A stretch of DNA of 61,693 bases, counting the filler, from Diploschistes diacapsis (Eukaryota): the NCBI GenBank assembly GCA_023645945.1. It is 4 parts of 4 records of this genome, joined end to end, with 100 filler letters (N's around TTAATTAATTAA, not from the genome) between each part and the next. Parts side by side here need not be neighbours in the genome. Positions count along the whole stretch, not along the records: positions 46,376 to 61,693 come from JALAIB010000556.1; 3 more parts are not named here. One strand, written 5' to 3'. The notes under the pieces were generated by a model. The model did no database searches. It worked only from the letters and a program-made list of their open reading frames with translations, and was not told where the DNA came from. Both the position numbers and the translations under genes were made by a program. Positions 60,757 through 61,693 of the stretch are shown in pieces (within the stretch, counting starts at the first letter, position 1; the number at the start of each line of letters is the position of its first letter).

Positions 60757-61693
60757 TTGATAACGAATTTCACTACTACTTCTTCTGTTGCGCTTCTGCT
60801 GTCGGCTACAGTTTCAGCCCTCCCGATGCCTAAGTTAGATGGAAGCTTTAGAATAGACGCTCGCCGCAATGTCTCCAGCGCCAATCTCCACGCCCGGGAT
60901 ATCACGGTCAGCACCGAATCGACAATATGCGACGGCGGGTGGTACGTCCCCGTCATGCTCGGCGAGCAGGAAGTTCCTCCTAAACGTAGAAACGGGCTCA
61001 TCCGACCTGCAATCTACCACCCGACCTCCGTCCTAGTTTTCCCTAGCTTCCTCCCGTAGCTGGGCCGCATCCACCCTCCTCCCCTCTAACGAAACCTCGC
61101 TTGTCTCCGACGGCCTGGCCCTCTACGACCCCAACGCCAGCACTACCTTCCAGGCCCTCACCCACTACACCTGCGACATCGGCTACATAGACGGCTCCGG
61201 CAGCTTAGGTATTGTCGGCATCGAGGCCGTCAGCATCGGCGGCGTGACCCTTAGCATGCCCCTGGGCGGCGCGGGCCCCACATAAGCCGTGCAACACACA
61301 CGAGCCTGTCGGCCTCGCCTTTTCCTACGGCAACAGCACCAGCCCCGTCAAGTAGGGTACCTTTCCCGACTTTTCGGCCTCACAGCTCATCAACCCTTGG
61401 TTCTCGACTTTTTTCCACCAGGATAATACTAACTTCATTGAGTCCGGCGTGCCGGTTAATGAGTCGCTTTACACGGAGGGGGGCTTGACGATGCTTAGTG
61501 TCGGCAACGCGTCCGCTGCGTCCTTAGGCGCTTGGGACCGCTTACGGGGTTACGTATTCACTCACCGGCGACAACGCTAACGCCTCCGCTAACTCCTGCT
61601 CCTCGTCCCCACGTCCTCCTCTTCCTCCAACCATGACCGCGAGCCCGTCAGACTCGAACGCGACACCGGCACCTCCACCATGTCCACCATGTC
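60757..61693 (+). pseudogene. Pepsin-like (A1) aspartic protease pseudogene, truncated by the contig end
   Basis: Signal-like segment without ATG; WYVPVMLGEQ, then a frameshift to FLLNVETGSSDL (catalytic DTG changed to ETG); LYDPNASTT..IGYIDGSG; VGLAFS..PVK with an in-frame TAG at 61353. Confidence 0.82.

Overview
Eukaryotic DNA from a filamentous ascomycete (Pezizomycotina). This call rests on the short GT-AG introns with CTRAC branch points, a wetA gene and RIP-like AT-rich transposon relics. The window is not one locus. It is four unrelated contigs (15,420, 15,335, 15,320 and 15,318 bp, sorted by length) joined by artificial N44-TTAATTAATTAA-N44 linkers. Contig 1 has PRP6, tubulin cofactor A, THO7, elongin A, NEDD8, a Tc1/mariner MITE, an Rds1-like ferritin-fold protein, a small spliced RING gene missing from the ORF track, an SDR pseudogene and the first exon of an Ntn asparaginase. 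Contig 2 has RIP-like TE relics, a conserved acidic protein, MET16 and MET3, an orphan ORF, a LanC-like gene, IPI3, a Fot1/pogo-type MITE and a 9-bp minisatellite. Contig 3 has an SDR lacking its catalytic Tyr, MCM6 with MCB boxes, a single-pass membrane protein, CHO2, NBP35 and GCP4. Contig 4 has HNT1, an SDR pseudogene, a dienelactone hydrolase, an FAD monooxygenase pseudogene, a cAMP-receptor-like GPCR, SDH5, wetA (three AbaA sites and a WetA response element in its promoter) and a pepsin pseudogene. The best leads are the MET16-MET3-orphan-LanCL neighbourhood, the wetA regulatory cassette, the hidden RING gene, a stop-free 399-nt intron and recurrent C-rich to G-rich skew flips. All calls come from manual reading and recalled motifs; no database searches were run.
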